From assembly GCA_963700635.1 (NCBI GenBank), contig CAVOYH010000004.1, positions 768,001-832,000 on the forward strand: a stretch of 64,000 nt of DNA. The letters are read 5' to 3'. The DNA is from an uncultured Bacteroidota bacterium (GTDB lineage Bacteria; Bacteroidota; Ignavibacteria; UBA10030; UBA6906). Positions 1 through 11,093 of this stretch are shown piece by piece. The position numbers and the translations under genes are program-made. The first letter of the stretch is position 1. Each line of letters starts with the position of its first letter. Below the pieces are notes generated by a model, which saw nothing but the letters and a program-made list of their open reading frames with translations, had not been told where the DNA came from and did no database searches.

Positions 1-657
1 TTCCTGAAGACCAACAAGCTCAGCACCAACCAGCAGCAGGTCACAATGATCAAGACTGTGGGCGGGCGCATCCAGAAGGCCGTCGAGACGTATTTCCAGC
101 AAAAAGGTCTCAGCGACGCGCTCAAAGACTACCGCTGGGAGTACAATCTGGTGGAGAGTAAGGAAGTGAATGCGTGGTGTATGCCCGGAGGGAAAGTGGT
201 CTTCTACACGGGCATTCTGGATGTCACCCGGACAGAAGCCGGCGTTGCGGTTGTGATGGGGCACGAGATCTCGCACGCCATCGCCGAACACGGCAATGAG
301 CGGATGAGCCAGGGCATGCTCGCGCAGCTTGGCGGCATCGCGCTCTCAGAGGCGCTGAACAAAGAACCGCAGAAAACGAGAGACCTCTGGTTAACCGCCT
401 ACGGCATCGGCGCGCAGTACGGAGCGCTCCTGCCCTTCAGCCGGACCCAGGAAAGCGAGGCCGATCACCTCGGACTGGTGTTTATGGCAATGGCGGGGTA
501 TGACCCGAACGAAGCCGCGGCATTCTGGCAGCGGATGTCGGATCTGAAGGGCGGACAGTCACCGCCGGAGTTTTTGAGCACGCACCCCTCTGATGAATCC
601 CGGATCGCAAACATCCAGCGTCTTGTTCCGGAAGCGATGAAATATTATAAGCCGTAA
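1..657 (+). CDS. M48 family zinc metallopeptidase (5' truncated by window edge)
   Basis: NAWCMPGGK, GHEISH (HExxH) and SRTQESEAD...STHP motifs typical of Oma1/YfgC-like M48 peptidases; frame open from base 1. Confidence 0.9.
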   Translation, partial: FLKTNKLSTNQQQVTMIKTVGGRIQKAVETYFQQKGLSDALKDYRWEYNLVESKEVNAWCMPGGKVVFYTGILDVTRTEAGVAVVMGHEISHAIAEHGNERMSQGMLAQLGGIALSEALNKEPQKTRDLWLTAYGIGAQYGALLPFSRTQESEADHLGLVFMAMAGYDPNEAAAFWQRMSDLKGGQSPPEFLSTHPSDESRIANIQRLVPEAMKYYKP

Positions 658-665
658 GGAAACCG

Positions 666-1238
666 TCAGCGCCGCGGCGCGGTCCGGCCGAAGAGTAACC
701 GGTGCGCGGAAGAAAACACCAGGCCGCAGAGCAGCACGACAAGCAGCACTGCTATAAAGGGCGCCAGCAGCGACAGGACCGTCGTAATGACTGAACCGCC
801 CAGCTCCGCGGTCGCAAGGACAGGATTTCCGAATCCCGCCGTGGCCACCGATGACTTCGTCCTGAGAAGCACTGTCGCCCCTTGAATAAGTCCCGCAATC
901 CCGCCTCCCCCGATCAACGCCACAACCCACTTGATAAGGGGGGGAACTTCAAGTATCACGGATGCTGACACGACGGTCCCCGCTATTACGGCCGCAGGCG
1001 TCGCGATAAAATCCAGAATGTTATCCACCACCGGGATGTAGTAGGCCACGATCTCCAGCACTGTTGCCGTGCCGAAGGCCAGCAGGGCAGGCAACGTCCC
1101 GATCCAGGCGAATCCCGGCGACAGCTCCAGGATGCCGGTCATCCCTGCAATGCTGAGCGCAAGCAGCGGGACAAACACTCTGAATCCCACTGCCGCGCTC
1201 AAACCGATTCCCAACGCTATACTGACTGCAGCTTCCAT
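666..1238 (-). CDS. DUF4126-like integral membrane protein
   Basis: GIGLSAAVGFRVFVPLL and EIVAYYIPVVDNILD pattern; several hydrophobic helices. Confidence 0.75.
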   Translation of the reverse strand: MEAAVSIALGIGLSAAVGFRVFVPLLALSIAGMTGILELSPGFAWIGTLPALLAFGTATVLEIVAYYIPVVDNILDFIATPAAVIAGTVVSASVILEVPPLIKWVVALIGGGGIAGLIQGATVLLRTKSSVATAGFGNPVLATAELGGSVITTVLSLLAPFIAVLLVVLLCGLVFSSAHRLLFGRTAPRR

Positions 1239-1252
1239 AACAGCCTCCCGGT

Positions 1253-1846
1253 TCAGCCCTTCCGCGACTTGAACATCTTACCCAGAAATCCGCCGACATC
1301 GTCAATGATACTTCCGTCTTTGTCCTGGTCCAGCATGCCCAGCAGTGATCCCATGATGTCCGGTTGGGCCTGACTGGCCTGTTTTGCCTCACCCTGGAGC
1401 AGGTTGGTGAGACTGCCGGCGTCCAGACGGTCACTCGAGGACTTCTGGCCCAGTGCGCCCATGACCATGGGTGCGAGCATTTCGAGGATCTGGCCGGCCT
1501 GTCCCGGCTGAACGCCGGTGGTGCGTCCGAGTGTCTCCTGAACGGCGCCCTGGCGGTTGCCGAGGACATGGCGTAAGATACCCGCGCCTGGTCCCTGTTC
1601 GGACTTTCCGAGAAATCCCATCACGTCATTCAGGATGGAACCGTCGTGGTCTTTGGCGATCGCCTGCTGCAGGGCGTTTGCGCCGGTTGGGGTGGAAGAG
1701 TTGCGCGCCAGGGCGGTAATGAGCAACGGAAGCGCGGCCTGAACGATCTTGGTGGTTGTGGATGAATCAAGCTGGACCTTCTGGCTGATCTGGTTTACCG
1801 CTGCGCCGCCGAGAGCGGAGGCGAGAGTTTCGAGGATTGAGCTCAT
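1253..1846 (-). CDS. DUF937 family protein
   Basis: Helical protein with HDGSIL, GAGILRHVLG and LDQDKDGSIIDD motifs. Confidence 0.8.
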   Translation of the reverse strand: MSSILETLASALGGAAVNQISQKVQLDSSTTTKIVQAALPLLITALARNSSTPTGANALQQAIAKDHDGSILNDVMGFLGKSEQGPGAGILRHVLGNRQGAVQETLGRTTGVQPGQAGQILEMLAPMVMGALGQKSSSDRLDAGSLTNLLQGEAKQASQAQPDIMGSLLGMLDQDKDGSIIDDVGGFLGKMFKSRKG

Positions 1847-1962
1847 GAGGTTTCCCTTTGCGTAGTAAGGTGTGTTCTGAGGGGGGGAGTAGGGTTATAA
1901 TTCCCCGCGGATTGATATACATAAAGATACGAAATATGGGGAGAACAGAAAGGGGTTTCTCA

Positions 1963-2027
1963 CGGTGGCCGTCGGCCAGTGGCCGTCGGCCGGTGGCCGT
2001 CAGCCGGTGGCTGTTAGCCGGTGGCTG
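1963..2027. repeat. 14-bp (2x7-bp) tandem repeat, ~4.6 copies, overlapping the asd stop codon
   Basis: CGGTGGCCGTCGGC / CAGTGGCCGTCGGC / CGGTGGCCGTCAGC / CGGTGGCTGTTAGC / CGGTGGCTG read directly. Confidence 0.85.
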
Positions 2028-3048
2028 AGGCGCCGCGGAGGAGTCCGTCAGCCACAAGCCGTTCAGCGATCTGCACTGCGTTCGTCGCCGCTCCCTTGCG
2101 GAGGTTGTCGGACACAATCCACAGAGAGAGCCCATTGGGAACCGTCGGGTCCTTCCGCAGCCGCCCGACAAAGACTTCATCCTTCCCCTCAGCATCCCGT
2201 GGCATCGGATACCGGGAGTGCGCCGGCTCATCGACAAGCACGACCCCCGGTGCATGCCGGAGCAGATCTCTGGCCCGGCTGATGTCCACAGGTCTTGCGA
2301 ACTCGACGGTTACCGCCTCGCTGTGTCCGCCGGTAACCGGGACGCGGACGCAGGTTGCGGTGACACGGATCCCGGAGTCTCCCATAATCTTCACCGTCTC
2401 CCGCATCATCTTCAACTCTTCGCGCGTGTATCCGTCCGCTTCAAAGTCGTCGATGTGAGGGATACAGTTAAAGGCGATAGGATGCGGAAACTTCGGAATC
2501 CCGGCATCCCGCCCCTGCAGCTCGGCAATAAGCTGGTCGTATCCCCGCTGGCCGGCTCCGGTGACGGATTGATACGTTGCAACGACCACCCGGATTATCC
2601 CGAATGTATCGTGCAGGGGCTTGAGGGCGACGACCATCTGGATTGTGGAACAGTTCGGGTTTGCGATAATGCCACGGTGTTTCCGGAGGGCGTCCGGATT
2701 TACCTCCGGGACCACAAGCGGCACTTCCGGGTCCATCCGGAAGACGCTGCTGTTGTCCACCACAACAGTTCCGGTTGCCGCAGCGATGGGGGCATACTGA
2801 CGGCTGATGGCTCCGCCGGCGGAAAAGAGGGCAATCTGTGCTCCGGCTCCGCGAAGGCTCTCCTCCGTCAGAACCCTGACCGGCACGTCGGCTCCCCGGA
2901 ACCGGAGGCCCTTACCTGCAGAACGTGCGGAGGCAAAAAGCACAAGCTCCCGCACCGGGAACCGGCGGTCTTCCAGCACCTGTATCATGGTGCGTCCCAC
3001 CATCCCGGTGGCGCCCACCACCGCGACTGTATATTCTGGAGTGTTCAT
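2014..3048 (-). CDS. asd: aspartate-semialdehyde dehydrogenase
   Basis: VVGATGMVG Rossmann motif, DNSS, NPNCST catalytic Cys, DNLRKGAATNAVQIAE. Confidence 0.97.
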   Translation of the reverse strand: MNTPEYTVAVVGATGMVGRTMIQVLEDRRFPVRELVLFASARSAGKGLRFRGADVPVRVLTEESLRGAGAQIALFSAGGAISRQYAPIAAATGTVVVDNSSVFRMDPEVPLVVPEVNPDALRKHRGIIANPNCSTIQMVVALKPLHDTFGIIRVVVATYQSVTGAGQRGYDQLIAELQGRDAGIPKFPHPIAFNCIPHIDDFEADGYTREELKMMRETVKIMGDSGIRVTATCVRVPVTGGHSEAVTVEFARPVDISRARDLLRHAPGVVLVDEPAHSRYPMPRDAEGKDEVFVGRLRKDPTVPNGLSLWIVSDNLRKGAATNAVQIAERLVADGLLRGASATG

Positions 3049-4433
3049 CAGTGAAAGATTTCCTGGTACTGGTCCACGGTGTCAAAGAGTTCCGCGTGAA
3101 GCGCTTGAACGGTTGTTGCCACGGCATTTTCATCGATAACAAAGCTGAAATTAATTTCTGAAGCTCCCTGCGAGATCATGTTGATGTTCACGTGTGTGAT
3201 GGCGTTCAGGACGCGCGCGGCGATGCCCGCGCTGTTGCGCAGCTGGTCACCGACGACGCACACAATCGCCTTCCCGCGGTCCACCGTGACGGTGGCAAAC
3301 TGCTGAAGCGCCAGGACAATCTCGTCCAGGTGCGACGTGTCTTTTACTGTCACCGAGACGCTCACATCGGAGGTCGCCACCGTATGTACCACGGTGCCGT
3401 ACTTATGGAACACATCAAACACATTTTCCAGAAAGCCGTGAGCCAGGAACATTCTTGTGGACACGATGCTGATCAGGGTAATCCCTTCCTTGTACGCCAC
3501 CGACTTGACGATGCAGTGCTGGGTGGTGTGCGGTTCAGCCACGATGAGCGTGCCCTGAAAAGACGGCTTGCGTGAATTTAAGACCCGCACGGGAATCGCC
3601 TTCTGGATGGCCGGGAGAATCGTCTCCGGATGCAGTACCCTCGCACCGAAGTAGGCAAGTTCCGATGCCTCGCGGAAGGACATGATGCGGATACGGCGGG
3701 CGCCGGGCACAACCGACGGGTCTGCCGTGAGGATGCCGTCCACATCCGTCCATATCTGAATCTCATCCGCATCCAGGAGCGCCCCGATAAGCGCGGCCGA
3801 ATGATCCGAGCCACCGCGTCCGATGGTCGTGGTGATACCTCCGCGGGTGGCCCCGATAAAACCCTGGGTGACAACCACCTTGTGCTCGCGCAGCAGCGGG
3901 AGGGCAATCCGGTGCAGCCGGTGCCGGGTTTCAGCAAGATCCGGGACCGCCCGGGTGAACTCCGCGTCGGTGGTCATAAACGTGCGGGCATCCAGCAACG
4001 TGCTGGAGATGCCGGTGTGGCGGAGATACGATTCCAGAATCATGCTTGACAATCGCTCGCCATAGGATGCGAGGAGGTCAAGCGAACGGGGGGTGAGTTC
4101 GCCCAGGATGACTTATGCCGCTCACGAGCGCGAGCAATTCCGCGGCGGAGATATCGATCACGGATTGAACCGCTGCTCGCTCCGGATGGGGGAGGACGTC
4201 CTCGACGATCGTTGCGTGCTGCTGTGCGATCTGCATTACGAGGGCATTTGCCTCTTCGGCGCGCCCCTCGCCGGCCAGGGTCCCTATGTGCAAAAGTTGA
4301 TTGGTCACCCCCGCACAGGCGGAAATCACAACAAGCGTGGTATCGCCGGGGCTGTTCTTCACAATCTCTGCCACCCGGCGCATTGCGTCTCCGTTTTCCA
4401 CGGACGTGCCGCCGAATTTTGTCACAACGAGTT

Positions 4434-4437
<4 letters not shown>
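3048..4437 (-). CDS. lysC: aspartate kinase (apparent 1-bp frameshift near 4110)
   Basis: KFGGTSV N-terminus (ORF 4078-4437) continues in another frame into GRGGSD, WTDVDG, ELAYFGARVLHP and ACT domains (ORF 3048-4052). Confidence 0.9.
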
Positions 4438-7195
<2,758 letters not shown>

Positions 7196-7200
7196 ACATA

Positions 7201-7224
7201 CTGTATATTGTATACAATATACAG
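7201..7224. promoter_or_regulatory. perfect 24-bp palindrome, probable GntR operator
   Basis: CTGTATATTGTATACAATATACAG is its own reverse complement; the TTGTATACAA core matches FadR/GntR-type boxes; lies 10 bp before the gntR start. Confidence 0.8.
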
Positions 7225-7233
7225 AAAGGCCTT

Positions 7234-7971
7234 ATGGCGCGGAAAGCGGCAACAGAACGGAGCGTGGATCTGGGGTTTGACCGGGATGAAGTAAAGACCC
7301 TCCGGGACCGGATCGCGCAACGGATACGGGCATCGATCATTGACGGGCGGATCACGCCCGGGCAGCGGCTCGCGGAACCGGACCTGTCGCTGCAACTGGG
7401 TGTCAGCCGTACGCCCCTGCGCGAGGCGCTTCTGCAGCTTGATTCCGAAGGGTTTGTGCGCGTCACGCCCCGACGCGGGGCGGTGGTAAGCGCGCTTTCC
7501 CATGAAGATGCGCACGATACCTATCAGGTCAAAGGTGTGCTCGAGGCCTTCGCAGCGCGGCTGGCGTGCGAGCGGATGACTGCAGCCGAGCTGAAACAGC
7601 TGCGCGGGATCCACGACCATATGCGCCGCATCGCCGCGGCCCGCACAAAAGACGTCAAAGCCATCCTCCAGAGTAACGCAGAATTCCATCAGGCCCTCAG
7701 CGACGCGTCGGGGAACGAAAAACTTGCCGGCTACATCCGTTCATTGCGCAGCCAGGCACTCCGCTATAATTATATCTATCTGTCCGTCCTCTCACATCTT
7801 GCCACCTCGATGAAGGAACATGACCGTATCCTTGCCGCACTCCAGAAACGTGACGGTGCGGGCGTGGAACGCCTCGTGCGCGCCCACGGCGAAGCAGCAG
7901 GGAAGGCGCTCTGCGCCTACATCGACCGGCATGCGGGAGGGAACCATGTCAACGATCGTCACGGGAGTTGA
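7234..7971 (+). CDS. GntR family (FadR subfamily, FCD domain) transcriptional regulator
   Basis: PGQRLAE..LSLQLGVSRTPLREAL wHTH; NAEFHQAL...EHDRI FCD domain. Confidence 0.92.
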   Translation: MARKAATERSVDLGFDRDEVKTLRDRIAQRIRASIIDGRITPGQRLAEPDLSLQLGVSRTPLREALLQLDSEGFVRVTPRRGAVVSALSHEDAHDTYQVKGVLEAFAARLACERMTAAELKQLRGIHDHMRRIAAARTKDVKAILQSNAEFHQALSDASGNEKLAGYIRSLRSQALRYNYIYLSVLSHLATSMKEHDRILAALQKRDGAGVERLVRAHGEAAGKALCAYIDRHAGGNHVNDRHGS

Positions 7972-7973
7972 AA

Positions 7974-8897
7974 ATGAAAAAAATCCGGGTTGCGGTTGTC
8001 GGGTACGGTAATGTGGGCCGTTGCGCGGTGGAAGCTGTCATCTGTGAACCGGACATGGAGCTTGTCGGGATTGTCGAGGTGCCCGAGGTCGTCTCCAGAG
8101 ACTGTCCCTATTCCGAACGGGATCCCATCGTCCTGCAGCGTACGCGCATCGTCTCGGACGTCAAGGAGCTTTCCGGCATTGACGCGGCCGTGCTCTGCTG
8201 TCCGTCCCGCATCATCCGGGAATCGGCAAAGAAGATGCTCCGCCTCGGGATACGCACGGTGGACAGTTTTGATATGCACCATGAGATCCCCGCGCTCCGC
8301 AAGGAGCTGGACGCTGTTGCAAAGGAGTTTAACTCTGCGGCGATCCTCTCCGCCGGATGGGATCCGGGGATTGACTCGGTGATGCGGGGGTGGTTCCAGG
8401 CAATGGCACCGCGTGGCATCACCTACACGAACTACGGCCCGGGACTCTCCATGGGCCATTCGGTGGCTGTCCGGGAGATCCCCGGAGTGCGCAACGCCAT
8501 CTCCATCACCGTCCCTGTCGGGATGGGCATCCACCGCCGCATGGTGTATGTGCAATTGAAGGAAGGCGCCGAGTTCGAAGCGGTGGAAAAGCTCATCAAA
8601 AAAGATCCCTATTTCGAAAAGGACCGCACGTACGTCTATCAGGTGGAAGACGTCAGCTCGCTGATGGATACCGGTCACGGCGTGCTGCTCGAACGGAACG
8701 GCGTCTCGGGGATCACGCACAACCAGTCGATGCGGTTCCAGCTGAAGGTGAACAATCCGGCCCTGACGGCCCAGGTGATGGTGTCCGCCGCGCGTGCTGT
8801 CATGCAGCAGAAACCGGGATGTTACACCATGATCGAGCTTCCGGTGGTGGATTTTCTCCCCGGTGATGTGGACAGTTTTGTGACACGGTTTGTATGA
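7974..8897 (+). CDS. ddh: meso-diaminopimelate dehydrogenase family (D-amino acid dehydrogenase)
   Basis: VVGYGNVG, TVDSFDMH, SAGWDPG, YGPGLSMGHS, NNPALTAQVMV; resembles the short type-II DAPDH. Confidence 0.88.
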   Translation: MKKIRVAVVGYGNVGRCAVEAVICEPDMELVGIVEVPEVVSRDCPYSERDPIVLQRTRIVSDVKELSGIDAAVLCCPSRIIRESAKKMLRLGIRTVDSFDMHHEIPALRKELDAVAKEFNSAAILSAGWDPGIDSVMRGWFQAMAPRGITYTNYGPGLSMGHSVAVREIPGVRNAISITVPVGMGIHRRMVYVQLKEGAEFEAVEKLIKKDPYFEKDRTYVYQVEDVSSLMDTGHGVLLERNGVSGITHNQSMRFQLKVNNPALTAQVMVSAARAVMQQKPGCYTMIELPVVDFLPGDVDSFVTRFV

Positions 8898-9352
8898 GGA
8901 CGCCCATGAATGATCCCTATGCGCGAAAGCTGATCAACCGGAATTTTTTCTCGGCGAAGGCGGATGTCCATGGCCGCGTGCTTGTGGTGCTGGACGGGCT
9001 CCTGGAAAACCGGAGTCTGGATCTTATCACCCCGATCTCCCGCGCGTTTCCGGGCGGATCGATCATTGAACTGATCGGCACGGATGAAAAGGGAGCGGCA
9101 CCGGGGGAGAGCGTGCAGAAAATTTGTTACATCGCATTTGTGGAGCTGGACGAAGCCGGTGTGTTGCTGGCCGGCGATCCGGTTTCGATCAAAGGTAAAA
9201 ATGTCGGCACGATTGTCGGGTTCGACGATACGCACATGCCCAATCATCAGAATACGATTCTCCGTGTGGAGAAACGGATTTCGGGGGCGGACCTTCGTCT
9301 GAGTCCAGGCGATCCGGTCTGTGTTCACGGTTTTTCAACAACTCCATCCTAA
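8894..9352 (+). CDS. small beta-rich conserved protein (DUF6917-like)
   Basis: RSLDLI..ISRA, GVLLAGD, GFDDTHMPNHQN; family assignment from memory, unverified. Confidence 0.6.
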   Translation: MRTPMNDPYARKLINRNFFSAKADVHGRVLVVLDGLLENRSLDLITPISRAFPGGSIIELIGTDEKGAAPGESVQKICYIAFVELDEAGVLLAGDPVSIKGKNVGTIVGFDDTHMPNHQNTILRVEKRISGADLRLSPGDPVCVHGFSTTPS

Positions 9353-9366
9353 GAAAGGAAACATTG

Positions 9367-10833
9367 ATGGCAAAGCCAGAATTCAAATTTCAGATGTACA
9401 AACGACTGCAGGTGAACACACCCAAGATCTATGCAGACGCAAAAAAGGCCGCCGAAACGCTCAAGATGCCGGCCGAGCTCAAGGGAGTGATCGGTCTCAC
9501 CGGCGCAATCTCCGGATGCCCGTCCCCTCTGCGCGAAGATATTGAAAAGGTGATGGCGGTTGAATCCCGCAAGGTGGTGCCGCTGAACGTGTATGTGGAT
9601 CAGATCCGTGAAATTATCAAGGGCGCTTACGGCGACGACTATGACGCCGCCCCGGTGAATACGTGTGAAGGCGGGCTCTGGACAACATTTGACTGCCTCA
9701 TGACGCCGCCCATGCAGGGGCGTGGCGACAACTACCGCACGCGGTACATCACCCCGTACGAGCGCCACATCCACCATCACGGTGGATACGGACGCCCTTA
9801 CCCGCCCCGTTTTAAGGACATCCTTGCCGACCGGGGCAGCACGGCGGGGGAGCTCGGGTTCTACGGCAAGCGTCAGAACAACCTGGATACGGTGTTTGTG
9901 CCGCTTCCCGGCGCGACCTATCCTGTGCACGGCATCAACTATCACCCCGTACCGTTGTTGAAGAACGTGGACGCAAAGGCCTCGATCGCAGCATTACAGG
10001 CTGCGGCAAAGCAGCACGAACAGCTTCTGGCCGGCTTCGCCTCTCTCGGATATGACACCACCGGCTACGGTTACGGTAAAAAAGACGCTGATGGTACGCC
10101 CGTTCTTCTGAAAGGGATCGCCGGGATTGCCCGCTCGTACGATGTACCGTACGTCATTGACAATGCATGGGGAATGCCCATCATCGGCACCAGCATCAAA
10201 AAGGTGGGCGCCGACGTGATGATCTTCAGCATGGACAAGGCCACCGGTTCGCCGACCAGCGCGCTTATTATCGGGCGGGAAGAAGTTATGGTTCCCATCC
10301 GCCGGGCGCTTGGGTATCATGGCGCACGTTATGGCACCACTGCGTCGTATGGCAAAGCCGCCTACGTGACCATGGATCCGGGGAAGGAAGGCCTTTCGGG
10401 GCAGGTTGCAGCGCTGAAGGTGCTGCGGGACAAGCCCGAAGTCCTGAAAAAACCGATTGATGATCTGTATAAGATCGTGACGGAAGAGTTCCGGAAAATC
10501 GACAGCCGTATCCGTCCCTTCTTCAAGATCGAAAAGAGTTACAACTCGGGCGTGGTGGAAATTAATTACGAGGACAGCTGGAAGGGCGGGCGGCTGGGCA
10601 TTCCGATCTTCTCGATCGAAGACATGTACTCCGGCTCACACCTGCTGCAGGACGGGATGTCGCAGATGGGCATCATCCCGACGATCGCCTATGATGCGAA
10701 CATCTTCATCTCCCCCGGACTCGGCACCACGGATTCGCACGGCCAGGTGATCCCGGAACGGGCCCGGATGGTGGTACGCGGACTGGTGATGCTGATTGAA
10801 ATCGTCTGCGAACATGCCGGAATCTACGAGTAA
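9367..10833 (+). CDS. fold-type I PLP-dependent enzyme, SelA/DgaE-like
   Basis: VIDNAWG (PLP Asp) and FSMDKATGSPTSALIIGREEV (Schiff-base Lys; compare SelA FSGDKLLGGPQAGIIVG); AAGGA RBS. Confidence 0.75.
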   Translation: MAKPEFKFQMYKRLQVNTPKIYADAKKAAETLKMPAELKGVIGLTGAISGCPSPLREDIEKVMAVESRKVVPLNVYVDQIREIIKGAYGDDYDAAPVNTCEGGLWTTFDCLMTPPMQGRGDNYRTRYITPYERHIHHHGGYGRPYPPRFKDILADRGSTAGELGFYGKRQNNLDTVFVPLPGATYPVHGINYHPVPLLKNVDAKASIAALQAAAKQHEQLLAGFASLGYDTTGYGYGKKDADGTPVLLKGIAGIARSYDVPYVIDNAWGMPIIGTSIKKVGADVMIFSMDKATGSPTSALIIGREEVMVPIRRALGYHGARYGTTASYGKAAYVTMDPGKEGLSGQVAALKVLRDKPEVLKKPIDDLYKIVTEEFRKIDSRIRPFFKIEKSYNSGVVEINYEDSWKGGRLGIPIFSIEDMYSGSHLLQDGMSQMGIIPTIAYDANIFISPGLGTTDSHGQVIPERARMVVRGLVMLIEIVCEHAGIYE

Positions 10834-10838
10834 GCGCC

Positions 10839-11093
10839 ATGCGAGCACTGGATCATATCGTTGACGGCCTGGACATAGAAACCTACCTCGTCTGTTCCAG
10901 CGAGCGGGAAGGGAAGGACCTTGCCCTGCGTCTGGGGCAGGAGCTGCAGCTTGGTGAAGTGGATCTGATGTTCCAGGAATTTGACGGGTACGGGATGCGT
11001 GTGCGGATTCGTAAATACGTGCACAGGCCGGGCGACCCGTACCGCTGGCTCGGGGCTTTTGGCGGGGCGCAGGAGAAGGAGGAGGAAACATGA
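10839..11093 (+). CDS. 84-aa protein, possible stand-alone aminomutase dimerisation domain
   Basis: Tightly packed between operon genes (ATGA overlap with the next gene); pattern DG.......L....E....A..+..++.L.E recalls the KamE N-terminus. Confidence 0.6.
   Translation: MRALDHIVDGLDIETYLVCSSEREGKDLALRLGQELQLGEVDLMFQEFDGYGMRVRIRKYVHRPGDPYRWLGAFGGAQEKEEET

Noticed and set aside
9367-10833. PLP enzyme as true selenocysteine synthase SelA
   Set aside because: Only the PLP-site pattern is similar. No selB/selC/selD is present and the context is catabolic.
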